Source: Paraphysomonas bandaiensis (Eukaryota; Protista; Chrysophyceae). Taken from it: a DNA stretch of 64,000 bases. The notes under the pieces are model-generated. The model ran no database searches. It had not been told where the DNA came from and was given only the letters and a program-made list of their open reading frames with translations. Positions within the stretch are counted from its first letter, which is position 1; the number at the start of each line of letters is the position of its first letter. The DNA lies in assembly GCA_965644295.1 (NCBI GenBank), contig CBFFRP010000276.1, positions 1 through 64,000 on the forward strand. The letters run 5' to 3'. Positions 1 to 13,681 of the stretch are shown one piece after another. Made by a program: the position numbers and the translations under genes.

Positions 1-344
1 ATGAAAATAGATGATTTTATATCTATTTTTCAGAAATAGATAACTTTTTCAATATTCGATGATAAATACTGTGCTTTTAACATAATAAAGCCCACATTAT
101 GAGCTACATTTCGCTATAATGGACTTTGTGCTGAAAATGTATGAGTGACGAGATATGAGCAAATGAGGTCAGATAATCCTATGAAAAAACACGTAAGAAA
201 AAATTTCTGTCAACTTTAAATTCACACATTAATTCACACAATCACATTTACACAAATCCGTTCCGACAATTTGAAGATAATTTTGTGCTCTATCCAGGGT
301 TGGTATTAACTCTTCTGGGGATGGTCTATGACTGGTGGTAAAAT

Positions 345-1010
345 GACCCCTCTATGGACACCAGCGACACTCGAAATAAATTTGATACCCCAGAGCCTGT
401 AAGTCAAACCAGGAAGTGCGGTAGATCACCAGGCTTGATAAGTGATACCAAAAGAATGAAACAAGATCACTATATATGAGCTTGAGAGGCAAATAGTGAC
501 CTGGTATTTCTGAAATGCCGATAAATCCCCTCCCAGACATCAGGTAAACGCGCTCAATAGATTTACCTCAATCTCTGTTCGACTGAATCAATTAGAACTT
601 GCTTGTCCGGCTGCTTGAAAACACTAATCGCATCTTTCCGCTGCATTCATATCGATTAATTTGGCATCTGCGTCATGCGTAGTAACAGACACGGTGATGG
701 TATGATTGTGAGTCGGAAGACGCCAAGAATACGAACAAGCGCCGTATTCATCTGAAGCGTCGTATGGAATATGATGAGCTAATGAACGAAAGGAAGGCTG
801 AAATACATGTATGGGAGGCTGGTGGGAAGATTGGATCTAAACCAAAGAGAACATTTATATGTTTACCTTGACGAATCTTGTCTTAAATAGAAATTATTGC
901 ATTGGTTTCACATGGCACGTCTTTGTTGATGACTACGGTAGAACAGTAAATATAAGTAAAGGAGAAGGAGAAATGACTTGTTCTCCTCACGGCTATAACA
1001 AATGAGTACG
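345..1010 (+). pseudogene. Degenerate Tc1/IS630-like DDE transposase remnant
   Basis: Broken reading frames give 'PKRTF..VYLDES' (gtt tac ctt gac gaa tct at ~861-878), then 'SKGEG..LVLLTAIT'. This resembles the first catalytic Asp block and the GxG.R motif of DDE_3-type transposases. Many stops and frameshifts; boundaries approximate. Confidence 0.4.
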
Positions 1011-2043
1011 GTATATGCTTTGTCAAGCGTTGTAGAAAATGATTGGAATGAGACTCTTCTCATAATCAAGGCTCGTAAGGCAGCGAGGAGATTATCACCA
1101 AAACATGAACAGCGCAAGATTTTCATGCTAAAACTTCGAGTTTTGGCTCGAACTTCATACACAAAAATGCATTGCAGATGTGTTCCCCATGTGCAATATG
1201 TACCAAGTATGTGTACATGTATGTTCCCATACACCAGAGGATAGAGCATTGTATATACGGCGTATGCCCGTGTCCGTGAGACTGTGGGACTGAGACAGAA
1301 CCCGGTGGACTTTCTGTTCCTACTGGATGCTTCTGGATCTATGCGCTCGAAGTGAGACATCGAACCCAACCATTACCGCCATTTTGGATACTACGATATT
1401 GTGATCTTATTATTGTACAGAATTATATATTTATTTGACAAATCGATCTAAACACAGACAATTATCTCTGAGTTGCATATGGCTGAATTCTTAATTACAA
1501 GAATATTCTAATATCATTCACCATTTACCATGTATGCCAAGTAACCTCAATTATTAATTAATTATTTTTTCATTCCATGTAGCGATATATTTCTGTTCAT
1601 ACATTCTATGGTATATAGTACAATGGTAGAGGTTACAGAGTCAACACGAGGAGAGAGGGTACTCAGCTGGCTTGTTGTAAGCACTGCATATGCAGTCGCC
1701 GTTGTTCTTCGTCCATAAACAAACTCAATGACATGTCACCCTTCGAGATTGAATTCCACACAACACACTATCACCAACATTTTCTTACCTACTTTAAGAA
1801 TGGTGCATGGTGTATGGCTTTTTGAGCATCCCTTACGTTTTTGGGAGAATAAGATTGATCAACGAAAGTAGTAGTTGGTACCTTGTTACATTACCGATTG
1901 ATAATGCACGAAGAAATAAAACTACCACCAAACTATGTCAGTTTTTGGCAGTTATATGTAAACTTCTTAAATACTAATCCGTTATCTATAATGACTACCA
2001 CTATCCAATTTTCAGGTGTCATCTATTCACTCCAACCCGAACA

Positions 2044-3168
<1,125 letters not shown>

Positions 3169-3455
3169 CTGAAATGTTGAATAACCACAATAAAACTATT
3201 AAGAACTATATAAGTAAAGTAGATAATACAATATCTATGTACGTGTAATTATGAATATGGGGTTAGAAACGAGATTTTGTGGCTCATGTATATCTATATT
3301 TGAAGAAAATTGTTCTACTTGACTTCTTCGCTCAAAAATTCAATATTCCAACCGCACTCAACCACACCTCTCGAAGCTTCAACGGACACTGGCACCATAC
3401 ACAGCAACATAACAGACGGTGTGCAACTAATATGTTGAAGAAGAAAAAAAATGAA

Positions 3456-3526
3456 TGCGCCGTTCGGGAATCGAACCCGAAGCTAAACCTTGGAAGGGTT
3501 TCATGTTACCACTACACCAACGGCGC
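3456..3526 (-). tRNA. tRNA-Gly (anticodon TCC)
   Basis: Minus strand reads GCGCCGTTGGTGTAGTGGTAACATGAAACCCTTCCAAGGTTTAGCTTCGGGTTCGATTCCCGAACGGCGCA. Acceptor stem GCGCCGT/ACGGCGC, anticodon arm AAACC-CTTCCAA-GGTTT, GGTTCGATTCC T-arm. A T8 Pol III terminator follows (A-run at 3444-3451 on +). Confidence 0.97.
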
Positions 3527-4959
3527 TTTCTGATGACAATGTGGTTGAAAATTATAATATATTAATCATTTTTAATATACATATCTTAAGAGCACTGGAT
3601 ATCTGCGATCTGAGGTCTCATATAGTCTGAATGTCTCAGTTTTAATTACTGTTGTTGTGATTAGTACTAACACTCTACTATATAACTCCTCTGTATGAGT
3701 GTCTCATTGTTTAATTGTGTCTTTGGTCTGGTCAATAAGTTTTAGTGTTATGTAAATACTTATAATGACAAGTCGCATACGATATAACTGAGCATCATCC
3801 CGGTCCGTTGAACTCATTTCTAAGATAACATGATCCATAGATTGCACACAATCTTTGCAGTCTACCTGAGTACAGCCAGTGGAGATTGTTATATATATTA
3901 CTACATGGCACAGTTGAGTAGTGATGGATAAGACGCATCCACAATCTTCCTGTTCTTGTTTGAGACTGGTATTGTTGAGCACAACATCGCGTTCTGAAAA
4001 GAGTATGTGTCATATTCAGTCGAGCATATTTCCTTTTGTGCATGCTTATGCTTTTATTGAATTTATGCTTGAAATGGAATCGTTACGGCAGTTCTTGGAC
4101 TTACGATTCAAGGCCAAAATTGAAATCAATATTATACTGATATCATTCGGGTTATTAAGAAGATTTTAATTGATGACATATATAAGAGCGTTGAAGTGAA
4201 CAAGGACACAGAGTCTAAATTCATGGTTACTGTTGTATGTCACGTATTATACTTAGTGTGAGAATTGTAGTTCCTTGATTATACTCCGCTGCTACGCTGC
4301 AGGGGGGCGGACAAATATATATTGCTATATTGAGAATTCAGTACTTAAATGCCTTTTTTAAGTTTCAAAGTATCACTGAAGTTACTCTTGCATTATGACA
4401 ACACGCATACTCATACATTCACCTCCAATAAAGTTCATTTCGCAGAACTCAACAGTCTTCATTTTATTGTTGGTAGAGAACATCATATAATATCATGATC
4501 TAATGAAAACCGTATGTGATTCGAATAAATACTTCTATCTACGATGCTGCAGCCACTCCAACTTGGTCATACATATGAAAACGTGCCTGTATGAGCCACA
4601 AAGAGAAGAAATGTGTAAGTTTGTAAGCTACTATACTTGATGGTCTATATTCTATACGAAGTACAATGCAAATTACACCTAGAAACAACAGAAGCGAAAT
4701 TTTTGTTTTGCGGATTATGTGCCATAGTTGCGTTGAGCGTTGAATGTGAAGGAGACAGTGGCATACAGCTGTTTACTAATACATGTGAGGGCCTACTTTA
4801 AATTGTTTACTTATACAGCTACTAATGATTTAGTTGTCGACAAATGATTTAGTTCTTTTCGTATATAGTCGTAACTATGGCTACAAACTCTGCATAATAT
4901 TAAGTTTTGACATTTGGATTGTTAAATAACTGAACGAACTGAACATATATGAAAGTATA

Positions 4960-5311
4960 TTCTTAGCAGTAGGCGTCAAGAACCAACACCAGATAAGTAG
5001 TTAGATAAAGACTAGTCAAGCTAGATCGACCGCTACCTGTAACCGGAGGGGCGCGTTAGGTCTCCGCTTTCGCTGGGTGTTGCTCCATTTAAATCGTGTG
5101 TTGCCGCGTGTTAGACGCGATCTGGGGGATACTGCGGACTCCACCATGCTCTGATTCGTACGTTGCTAACGCGGTCTAGGAGGAAGTCGAAGTGGCCCCT
5201 CAGGTTTGACAGCATGACGCCCACTACGATCTTGGAGCATCTGTTTGGCTGCAGCGTAGAGCGGTTGAAGGAGGGTAAGAACTGCTTTATCGAGGGCACG
5301 TAGTCCACGCG
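4960..5311 (-). mobile_element. 3' fragment of a non-LTR retroelement related to the dispersed family
   Basis: 4960-5045 (ttagcagtaggcgtcaagaacc...ctacctgtaac) aligns with the family's 3' tail at 20640-20722. The adjacent GC-rich, coding-like body differs from the other copies. Confidence 0.55.
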
Positions 5312-5409
5312 AATTGAGGGTACAATTGTATATTATGTTCCAAAAACGAACTGAACTCACTCAGTAATCAGTTATATATAAGTATACTTGACACCTCTTA
5401 TTGACATGT

Positions 5410-5505
5410 GGCTGCGTAACAATTAATTGACGCAAGTGGTTGTAGTTATTGGTAAATGCAATTATTTCTTGCTATCCCAATTAAATAAATTTTCAATTAA
5501 TAGAA
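5410..5505. repeat. Dispersed ~95-bp repeat (possible DNA-transposon end)
   Basis: ggctgcgtaacaattaattgacgcaag...ttttcaattaa is also found at 18809-18900, and more weakly at 7365-7420. Confidence 0.65.
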
Positions 5506-6046
5506 GTGTAATTTAATTTATTTTATTCTACGTACTCAAGTAGCTATGCATTAGCTGCCAACATAGCTTATTCAGCACTGTATTTCATCCCAAAGGAAAT
5601 GATATTACAATTCGATAATTTACCGGCCGGAAAAGTGAGGCGTTGCTTCCACCTTGCTCCTTCACGACTGCTTTTTCGAAGCAGCTTCTTGAATGACACT
5701 GTTTACCTTCCTCCTATAATTCTTTTGACACACTCTGAAGGAATTTCAAATCGTTCTGTAATTGCACCAGCATGACATGCTCCATTTCACTTGGAATTTG
5801 ACTTAACGCGGCATAACCAAACTTGCGAGATATATATTAATAAGTGGCCATATTGAGTGGTCAATAATTACAAATGTGGAGTCCCACCTGCTGGTATCTT
5901 GTTTGCCTATTGTGCTTAAAAAACTTTCTTACGGAGGTTACTAGCATGCTTTAGAGTTCATAATTGTCGACATAAACATCAAAGAATACTCGTTCTATGA
6001 CTTCAGATACAGCGCGCTAATTAAATTTGTTGATCAATTAAATGAA

Positions 6047-6135
6047 CCTCTCAACAAAGTCGGACTCACACCTTTTCGTGGTGTTCTGGGGGATAAGTAC
6101 CGGAGACATTTCTCCGGGAAACTGACGTGAGCCGC
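6047..6135 (+). ncRNA. Candidate HDV-like self-cleaving ribozyme (copy A)
   Basis: P2 ctcac/gtgag; P3 acc-ttttcgt-ggt; P1 cctctcaac/gtt(ct)ggggg; perfect P4 ccggaga-catt-tctccgg; J4/2 ctga. Confidence 0.6.
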
Positions 6136-6440
6136 ATATTTATAGTCAACAGATATTGTTCTGCCCACTCGTAGCCTACTAATGCATGTGTGGTACAAGG
6201 GACACTATAATAAGTGTCACTTGTGTAGACGTCTTTGGGCCCTGACGAATAAACAGGCATCCGAATGGGCCCACCTTAAGGGTAACCGGGGTATCGAGCT
6301 GCCTGATGAGTATCAAGCTGCCTGATGAAGTTAAGCATCCGGGATGTTCACCTTAAGAACTCAAAAAACCTGAAGTCAGCAGATGTCAGGTATATCAACA
6401 TTCTGCTTGCTCACTGCGTTTGCTCTGAGTGAGTGATGCT
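6047..6440 (+). mobile_element. Ribozyme-headed SINE-like element, copy A (3'-truncated)
   Basis: Colinear with copies at 19768-20255 (+), 20624-21132 (-) and 37641-38191 (-). Confidence 0.85.
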
Positions 6441-7847
6441 GAGTATGAGTTCACATTATTCGGTATATCTGTGTGGCCAATGCCCGAGGTAATGCGTCAC
6501 ACTTTCCTCATGGATGCATGGCAATAAGTCGAGGTAATACCATTATGGCAATCATGTGATTAGACCTGTCATGTTTTCTAGTCTTGATTTCCCCTGACCC
6601 AGGTCATTGAGGTTATATCAAGACTCTGGCACTGTTCTCCAAGCAGTGTCAGGTACATTTGTGTGTGCTTTTATGTTATTTCTTACTTTTAGTAGGGTTT
6701 TAACCGAGCGGAGATGGTGCACGGTTTCCTACTAGCGTAAGTCACTCGGGAGAAGAGTGCAAGGTGGATGCATGTGCTAGACAAGTGCACATAATGGAGG
6801 GAAGACATTTTGGAGTCAGCTTGAATTTGTAACAGATTTTGGTAGACATCTGTTTCGTCATGCGTCAGCGTGAAAAATTGCACCAGCTAACTAAGTCGTG
6901 TTGTATAGTTGAGCACTTGTCGGTGCATGCAATAGTCTCTAGATGAGAGTCCTCTTATGCTTAGTTTCGCGCAAATTGATAGGTTGGTCGCGGCAACGCA
7001 CAAGCTTGCGCTTCTTAATAATCAGATTTTCAATATAAATTAAATGAATAATTATATAGATAAAATCGATTGGATTTCTCAGCATACAATAACTGCAGTC
7101 ATTATCGTTATTTATTAGTGTTCAAACAATTTGATGTTGAAAATGATCATTCACTATCATGAGTGATTGAGATATGCTTCTGCAATTGTATGACTTTCTA
7201 ATAGACGTCATCAAGAAGTGCGGTAAACCATCGCCCTTTAGAGATCGCAATGGGCATCTCTCAGTTTAAAAATATACACATTGGAACACACGTTAATGAT
7301 CCTATGGCAGTTTTGAAATTTTCACTACATATCTGCAGTATTAAAATAACGGTACTATTTTCATCAATTAACTGAAGCAAGCTGTAGTCAATTATAATTG
7401 CAATTATGATTTGCTGCTTATCATTCATCTATATTCGCTACATTTATATTTTCTCTATTACCAATCAATGTTAGCAGCGCAGCTCTTAGATAGAAACGAC
7501 CATATATAGCATATAAATAAGCAAAACTCAACACATAATGAGTGAATAATATACACACAAAACACATACACGCAGCAGTAAAAAACTGCGACTAGATGAA
7601 GTAGATGTACCTCTACAAGCATCCCACCACACGAAATCCAGATTGAAACCGAAAATTATAGAAAGGTTAGCTAACTTGTTTATCAAAGACTCTCAATTTA
7701 ATTCATTACAAGTTTCAGCCTTCAACAATTATACAACTTGTTTCGATTATTACAAACAGATACACAGTATCATTCACGATCTTGTAATATGGTGACATAG
7801 TTACATGGCACCTTACATGACAAGAGTGATAACATATATTAACAATA

Positions 7848-9317
7848 CTAATGTAATTGTTTAGGACACACTCTTTTCTGCCCTTCCAAGATCCGATCCG
7901 CCATTTTCATCACAGAATTTTCACATATCAAAACCTGGGCATGAGAGTGCCCTTCCCTAAAGCAATGGGATATATCAGCAACTTTATCATTTGAGCTGCA
8001 GCTATTTAATTTATTCCGGAGATCACATCTCTTCCGGGAACACAAGTTGACATAGTCTCTGACAGTGTTAGAATTACAAACTTCGTCTCCACCAGCAAGT
8101 GAGACATGAACACCAATTGAGTGGTGAACATCCTCCAACCATAGCTCATTCTTGTACCACCAGAAATTCCGGCGCAGCGTGTTCGCAATAGTTATCTCGG
8201 TCGCAGCGCCCAAATATATAACCCATTCCATAAGTGTTGATGGCTTGCGGTAAAGGAAATTAAAGGCCACCTCGGGGTGGGAAAGGAGTAGTGAGACGGG
8301 ATCAATAAGAGTCAAGTGTGCCACATATCCAGGATGAGTTCGCACGAACCAACCAGCGGTAATAGTACCGAAAGAATGGCCAATAATGTTAACTTTCCCA
8401 GAGGAGTGTCGGTCTAGCACGCGTTTAACTACGTCGCAATAATATTCAGGAGTCGGCATTTCGAAGCACAAACTGTGAATCTTAACTGCGTCCAAGTCGA
8501 AGAGAAAAATGGCTCTATTCGAGCACAGATGCTTCATGAGAAGCATGTGGGAGCCCCATCCTGTGCTAATTCCATGGAAAAATACAGATGGTGCGAGCTC
8601 TTCTCTGGTCGGAGGAGGTCGGAACCAGTAACTCACTGTCTTATACCGCAGCTTCTGAAAGCCTAGTGCTTGTAGAGATATATCAGCAAAGACATCCTTG
8701 ATTCCGATGATTACGTACAAAAGCAATGGGCGATGCAAGTAATGTAGAGGTTCCAAAGTCATATGCACATGCTTTACGTACGGGTTGGTACCAGGCTCAA
8801 ACACAACGTTCAGGCGCTTCGATATCACATCAATTATCGAATCGACTTTTTCAGCTTGCTCAGTAGTCAAATCTCTCCAAAAGGAGGCATACATAACCCA
8901 TGAAACAAATCCTCTAATATTATTTTGTCGAATTTTGTTAATTGATGCACCACAAAACCATCCTGATAAAAATTTCTCAAGTGTATATGATTCAAGTTCT
9001 TCAAGTGTATCAAGTATACGCATGACAATACTAACAGGACAATTATCATATTTAGGTGGTGTTTTTAATGCTTGTAGTGAATTATTCACAGCATATTTCA
9101 TGATAATATAAAAACAAAATTCAGAAAATAGCCATGCAAATGCTAAATAACATAATGAATCCACTAGTTTTGCAAGAACATAACTGAATATAAGACTTGG
9201 AGATAAAAAGAAATCATCCATTGGTATTAGAATACTAATAGAAGAGATATTCGTTACTTGGGTTAATAATAAAACTAACCACTGTATGTATGGAGTGTCT
9301 CTGTGTAATAGTGTCAT
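7848..9317 (-). CDS. Alpha/beta-hydrolase fold protein with N-terminal hydrophobic segments
   Basis: 489-aa intronless ORF; FFHGI oxyanion motif, GHSFG nucleophile elbow, 'LTLIDPV', late His (GHSHAQ). Confidence 0.88.
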   Translation of the reverse strand: MTLLHRDTPYIQWLVLLLTQVTNISSISILIPMDDFFLSPSLIFSYVLAKLVDSLCYLAFAWLFSEFCFYIIMKYAVNNSLQALKTPPKYDNCPVSIVMRILDTLEELESYTLEKFLSGWFCGASINKIRQNNIRGFVSWVMYASFWRDLTTEQAEKVDSIIDVISKRLNVVFEPGTNPYVKHVHMTLEPLHYLHRPLLLYVIIGIKDVFADISLQALGFQKLRYKTVSYWFRPPPTREELAPSVFFHGISTGWGSHMLLMKHLCSNRAIFLFDLDAVKIHSLCFEMPTPEYYCDVVKRVLDRHSSGKVNIIGHSFGTITAGWFVRTHPGYVAHLTLIDPVSLLLSHPEVAFNFLYRKPSTLMEWVIYLGAATEITIANTLRRNFWWYKNELWLEDVHHSIGVHVSLAGGDEVCNSNTVRDYVNLCSRKRCDLRNKLNSCSSNDKVADISHCFREGHSHAQVLICENSVMKMADRILEGQKRVCPKQLH

Positions 9318-9730
9318 ATACTCACACTATAATCGCCAACCATTTCATAGGAAACATATGACAAGATATCATTCACTTCATCCATTCAGATTAACGTATC
9401 TTAAATCGATTTTATATGTTTTCAGTTTTTCAGGATTATTCTTTACCAATAGAAATGGTTTGTAAGAATTTTGATTCTTTGAACAGAATTAGTGGTCTGA
9501 AAACATATGGTTTCTTTAAAAATTGGCTGTTTATAGACAATAATACTGTATTTCTCAGTACAATGATTGGATAATGTAAGTACTGCTACAGTATGTATGT
9601 ATTGTGCTGCAATGCAGTATGCTGCTGATGTATGTATGTAACATGCAGCTCTCATATCAACCCATAGTCAAACTATTGGTTCTCAAGTAACTTAAAAGAA
9701 TCTCCTGAAAACAATCATATATATATAAAT

Positions 9731-11959
9731 ATGCCACCAATAATGAGACAACATGGAGAGAAAGGTGTATTTGTAGGAGGGGATTGGGTGGCTATAGAAG
9801 ATTGTGCAGAGAAATTCAATATAAGTAACGGTTCCGGTAACTGTCAATTGAACTGCAAGACATGCCCACGATCAAAATCAAGAAATTCATCAGCTAAAGA
9901 TGATAATACATATGATGTTGTGATTATTGGTGCAGGGTAGGCTTATAGACTAGTTATTGGTTTCATTAGTTTATGATTTTGTATGTGATAGTTGCATAGG
10001 ATCTGCTATTGCCAGAGAACTTAGCAAGACGAAATGTTCAGTACTTTTGTTAGAAGCTGCTGATGATGTAGCTCAAGGTGCAACTAAAGGGAGCAGTGGT
10101 ATTGTTCATGCTGGTTATGATGATAAGCCTGGTACGAATCGTGCAAAATTCTGCTGGGCAGGAAATCAACTTTTCCCGAAGCTGGACGAAGAACTGCACT
10201 TCGGGTATCAACGCAATGGCTCATTAGTACTTGCTCGCAGTCCAGCCGAGGAGATGCACTTGAAAGAGTTGTTAGCGAGAGGGGAGCAAAATGGAGTGAA
10301 GCGCCTGCGTATACTAACTAGAGAGGAAGTGTTTGAGCTAGAACCCCACATTAGCGATGATGTGACCGCCGCCCTTTATGCGCCTGACGCCGGAAACATG
10401 ATACCTTACGAATATGCCATCGCGCTTGCTGAAAATGCAGTTGACAATGGTGTCGAACTACGCATAAGAAGAGTGGTGACATCCATTGACCGTTGCGAGG
10501 GTGGAGGTTTCAAGGTATCAGCTAACCATTGGGAGCCAGCAGAATACCTAGAGGCTATGGAGAATGAGCGCAACAAACACCACACCTCCCGATCTCTTTA
10601 TGGTCACGCTTTCCTCTCTGTAATTAGTGGAGTTTTGTTTGCTTTTGTAGTAACGCGCGTTCTATTACCCGAGGTCAGTGTAGGAGGTGTTTTCGAACAG
10701 GTCGAGTCTGCGCTTAATGTGGAGCAGGCTTACATTAGATTGGGAAGCCCACTCTTAGCTTTTCTCTTTTCAGTCGTTTACTATTCAGTATTTTTCCCCA
10801 AAACAGAACCCGTAGAAACAGCACCAACTGTATCATCTGGAAAAGGTGGAAGGGAACTATCGGTGGATGAAATGAAACTCGGAGGGTCCGGCGGCCTCTC
10901 TGCACTGAAGGGGAGGAGTGTTTCTAGTGAGGATATATTTTGCAAATATGTTGTAAACGCAGCTGGAAATTACTCTGACAAGATCGCAAATATGATTGGG
11001 GACAAATCTTTTACAATAACACCTCGACTCGGCAACTACATCCTTTTGCATAAAAACCAGGTGCGCTCTTTTTGCTCTGGGGTTCTCTTACCTCAGACAT
11101 CTTTTTCAGGGCCATCTCGCCAGACTTACACTGTTTCCTTGTCCTGGGCCATTAGGAAAAGGTGTAAACACGACGTCTATCTTTTGCTTTGTCTGAGCAG
11201 TGTATTCGTGCTGCAGGTGTTCTCGTCCAGTCCACACTTTGGGGAAATCTCATCCTTGGTCCAACAGCCCGCGACGTTCATCTGCCCGAAGTCATGGCAC
11301 AAACGCCATCAGAGATCTTTTCTTATATATTTTCGAAGTGCCGTGAGCTGGTGCCAAGTTTTGATGTGAAAGAATCATTTCATTCATTTTGTGGTGCTAG
11401 ACCGAAGAATACACGAGGCGACTGGATCATCGAGCCATCACAAGTAGATCCACAATTCATTCACGCATGCGGTATCGACTCACCCGGCCTTGCGGGGTCT
11501 CCGGCGGTCGCCCTGGAGGTAATTTCACTTCTACAGCGAGCTGGGCTCAAGATGGAAGCGGACCCCAACTTCAACCCCAATCGAGCACCTATAATTCGGC
11601 CTAAAAATGGATGGAAAGGAATACGTGCTGGTCCAGTTGGAAAATTTACCAATCCAGAGGAGAATGTTGTGTGTAAGTGCGAGAAGGTAACTGAAGCTGA
11701 GGTCGTTGAGGCTATTCACCGCAGCCTGCCTGTTGATTCCACCCAGGCTATTCGGAAGCGCACCAGGGCTGGGATGGGCCACTGTCAGGGGGATCCCGCT
11801 AATTATGACTGCGAGTGTAGAGTAGCTAATATTATTGCCCGCGAGACAGGTCTACCGGTCAATGCAGTAGGAAGGAGACCATGGCCGGCCACATCGCTCC
11901 TCAAAGAGCGATGGCTGGATGATAACGCCAAGATCGAGCTGGAGAGTCATGGGAAATAA
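9731..11959 (+). CDS. FAD-dependent oxidoreductase (GlpA/LhgO-like glycerol-3-P or 2-hydroxyacid dehydrogenase family) with C-terminal BFD-like [2Fe-2S] domain, ~689 aa
   Basis: YDVVIIGAG|CIG Rossmann motif, SGIVHAGYD, GIDSPGL, VCKCEKV...RTRAGMGHCQG...C. Introns 9937-9991, 11061-11109 and 11162-11216 keep the frame. Confidence 0.9.
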
Positions 11960-13681
11960 ATATGATTTGTGAAGTCATGTATGGAGCGCTCTAGCAGTTG
12001 TATTGTCACATTTCTGTGAGCATACATTATGTTATGTGTGCTATAACTCAAGAACTGAATGATGCCGACGGCGTTGGGTGCAGTAGCTTGTTATGAAAAT
12101 GACTTATTGTTGTTTTGTTCGTTGGCAGAGTTGTTAAATATAGTGTTGAGAGTGACTCAATCTCTTAAATGGATATAATATCAGTTGTCAATAACTCAAT
12201 TCCATTTGCCGATGTCTATATGTGATAACTACCAGTATCTCTTGTAATTTTTTGAATGACCTGTATCAAGTTGGACAGTTTTCAATGACGACACTATGCG
12301 TATATATTAGATGCATGAGTATATGTGTATATGACTGTATAACACTTACTCCAATAGTATATACGTATGATGTAGTATGTAATAATATTGTGATACCAGG
12401 TTATTCAACCACTGACCATAAGCTATTACAAGCAACTTCCAACACAAAGAAATTGTATCTCATCTTCAATAATTTGTAATACACTACCTGCGCTTCCCAG
12501 GCCGGCTAAATGAAAGGCCTCAAGGAAACCTTCACCCATATAGATTACAGATATATCAGTCTGATCACAACTGACTCACCAACAAAGTGTAAGGGAAGAT
12601 ACATTTAGTATTTCATTGTAGTTGACGCAAACATATACAGACAAGACACAAGTACGTATTATGTATGAGCAATTTGAATTCGGTATAATGCTTTCAATAT
12701 GCAACTATAAGAACAATGTAGACTACGTAAAATACAACTTTATACTGTATACTGTATAACTGTAGCAATACGTATCTATTAGCATATGGATACTTGGAAT
12801 TCTCCAGCCTTGTTTATCGTAAAGTTCTATGAATATCATTTATCATTGATATTAATAAGATTTATTGATTCACATATACCTCTGAACGAGTGAATACAAC
12901 AAGATAATACAATGAAAAGTCAACAATTGGCAGACTATAGAAGATACGCGACTGTACAAGGTACGCTAAAGTACGCTATATAGTTAACCGTGTCTTGTGT
13001 CTTGTATTATACTATCAGGCTTTATTCTTTATGTGGAGTTTATTATAATCAATCTTTATCTTTGAAATAATAAGAAGTATATCTAAGCGCTAAGATTAGC
13101 TATAAATCTTACATATATTTTCTTCATACTTATACCTTATTGTCTTTGTTCTGTTTAAATCGATACGTATATCGTATATCAGCAGCATGCCCAGCTTAGC
13201 AATGTAATAATATTCAATAGATCATGATTCATAGGTGCAATAATAATAATTGTACCATTTCAAACATGTAATATATATATACAAGCATAAGTATATATAC
13301 AATGGAGAGACCATAGGATATAGTAACCCGATAGCTGGTTATTACAACATCGCGGGCACTTGTGAAGATAGTATTGGTGTATGTCATAACCGTAAAGTTG
13401 AAACAACGGCAACGCTGATCCCTTCATGATTATCTAGTTGTTTTTCATTTTTCTTATTTACGTGGACTCTATCTATTAGTATGCAATACAAACTAATGTT
13501 TCTAAGGGCGGAATTTACTAATATGCGAGAAACTAACCGGTAGAATACGCAAGTGTTCCACAGTTCGTAACTCGCCTACACTCTGCATGGACTGGACTCG
13601 GATCACAATTGAGCAGAGTGACATCTCCAAACATATCAAAATTAATCAAAATGTCCACGGTAGCTAAAGTTAGTCACAGAT

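Noticed and set aside
3169-3450. TPI-GAPDH fusion typical of stramenopile mitochondria
   Set aside because: No TPI coding sequence upstream; a tRNA gene lies ~290 bp away.
6297-6330. Two CTGATGA boxes suggesting a hammerhead ribozyme
   Set aside because: They come from a local duplication of gctgcctgatga. There is no properly placed GAAA or stems, and the other family copies lack CTGATGA.
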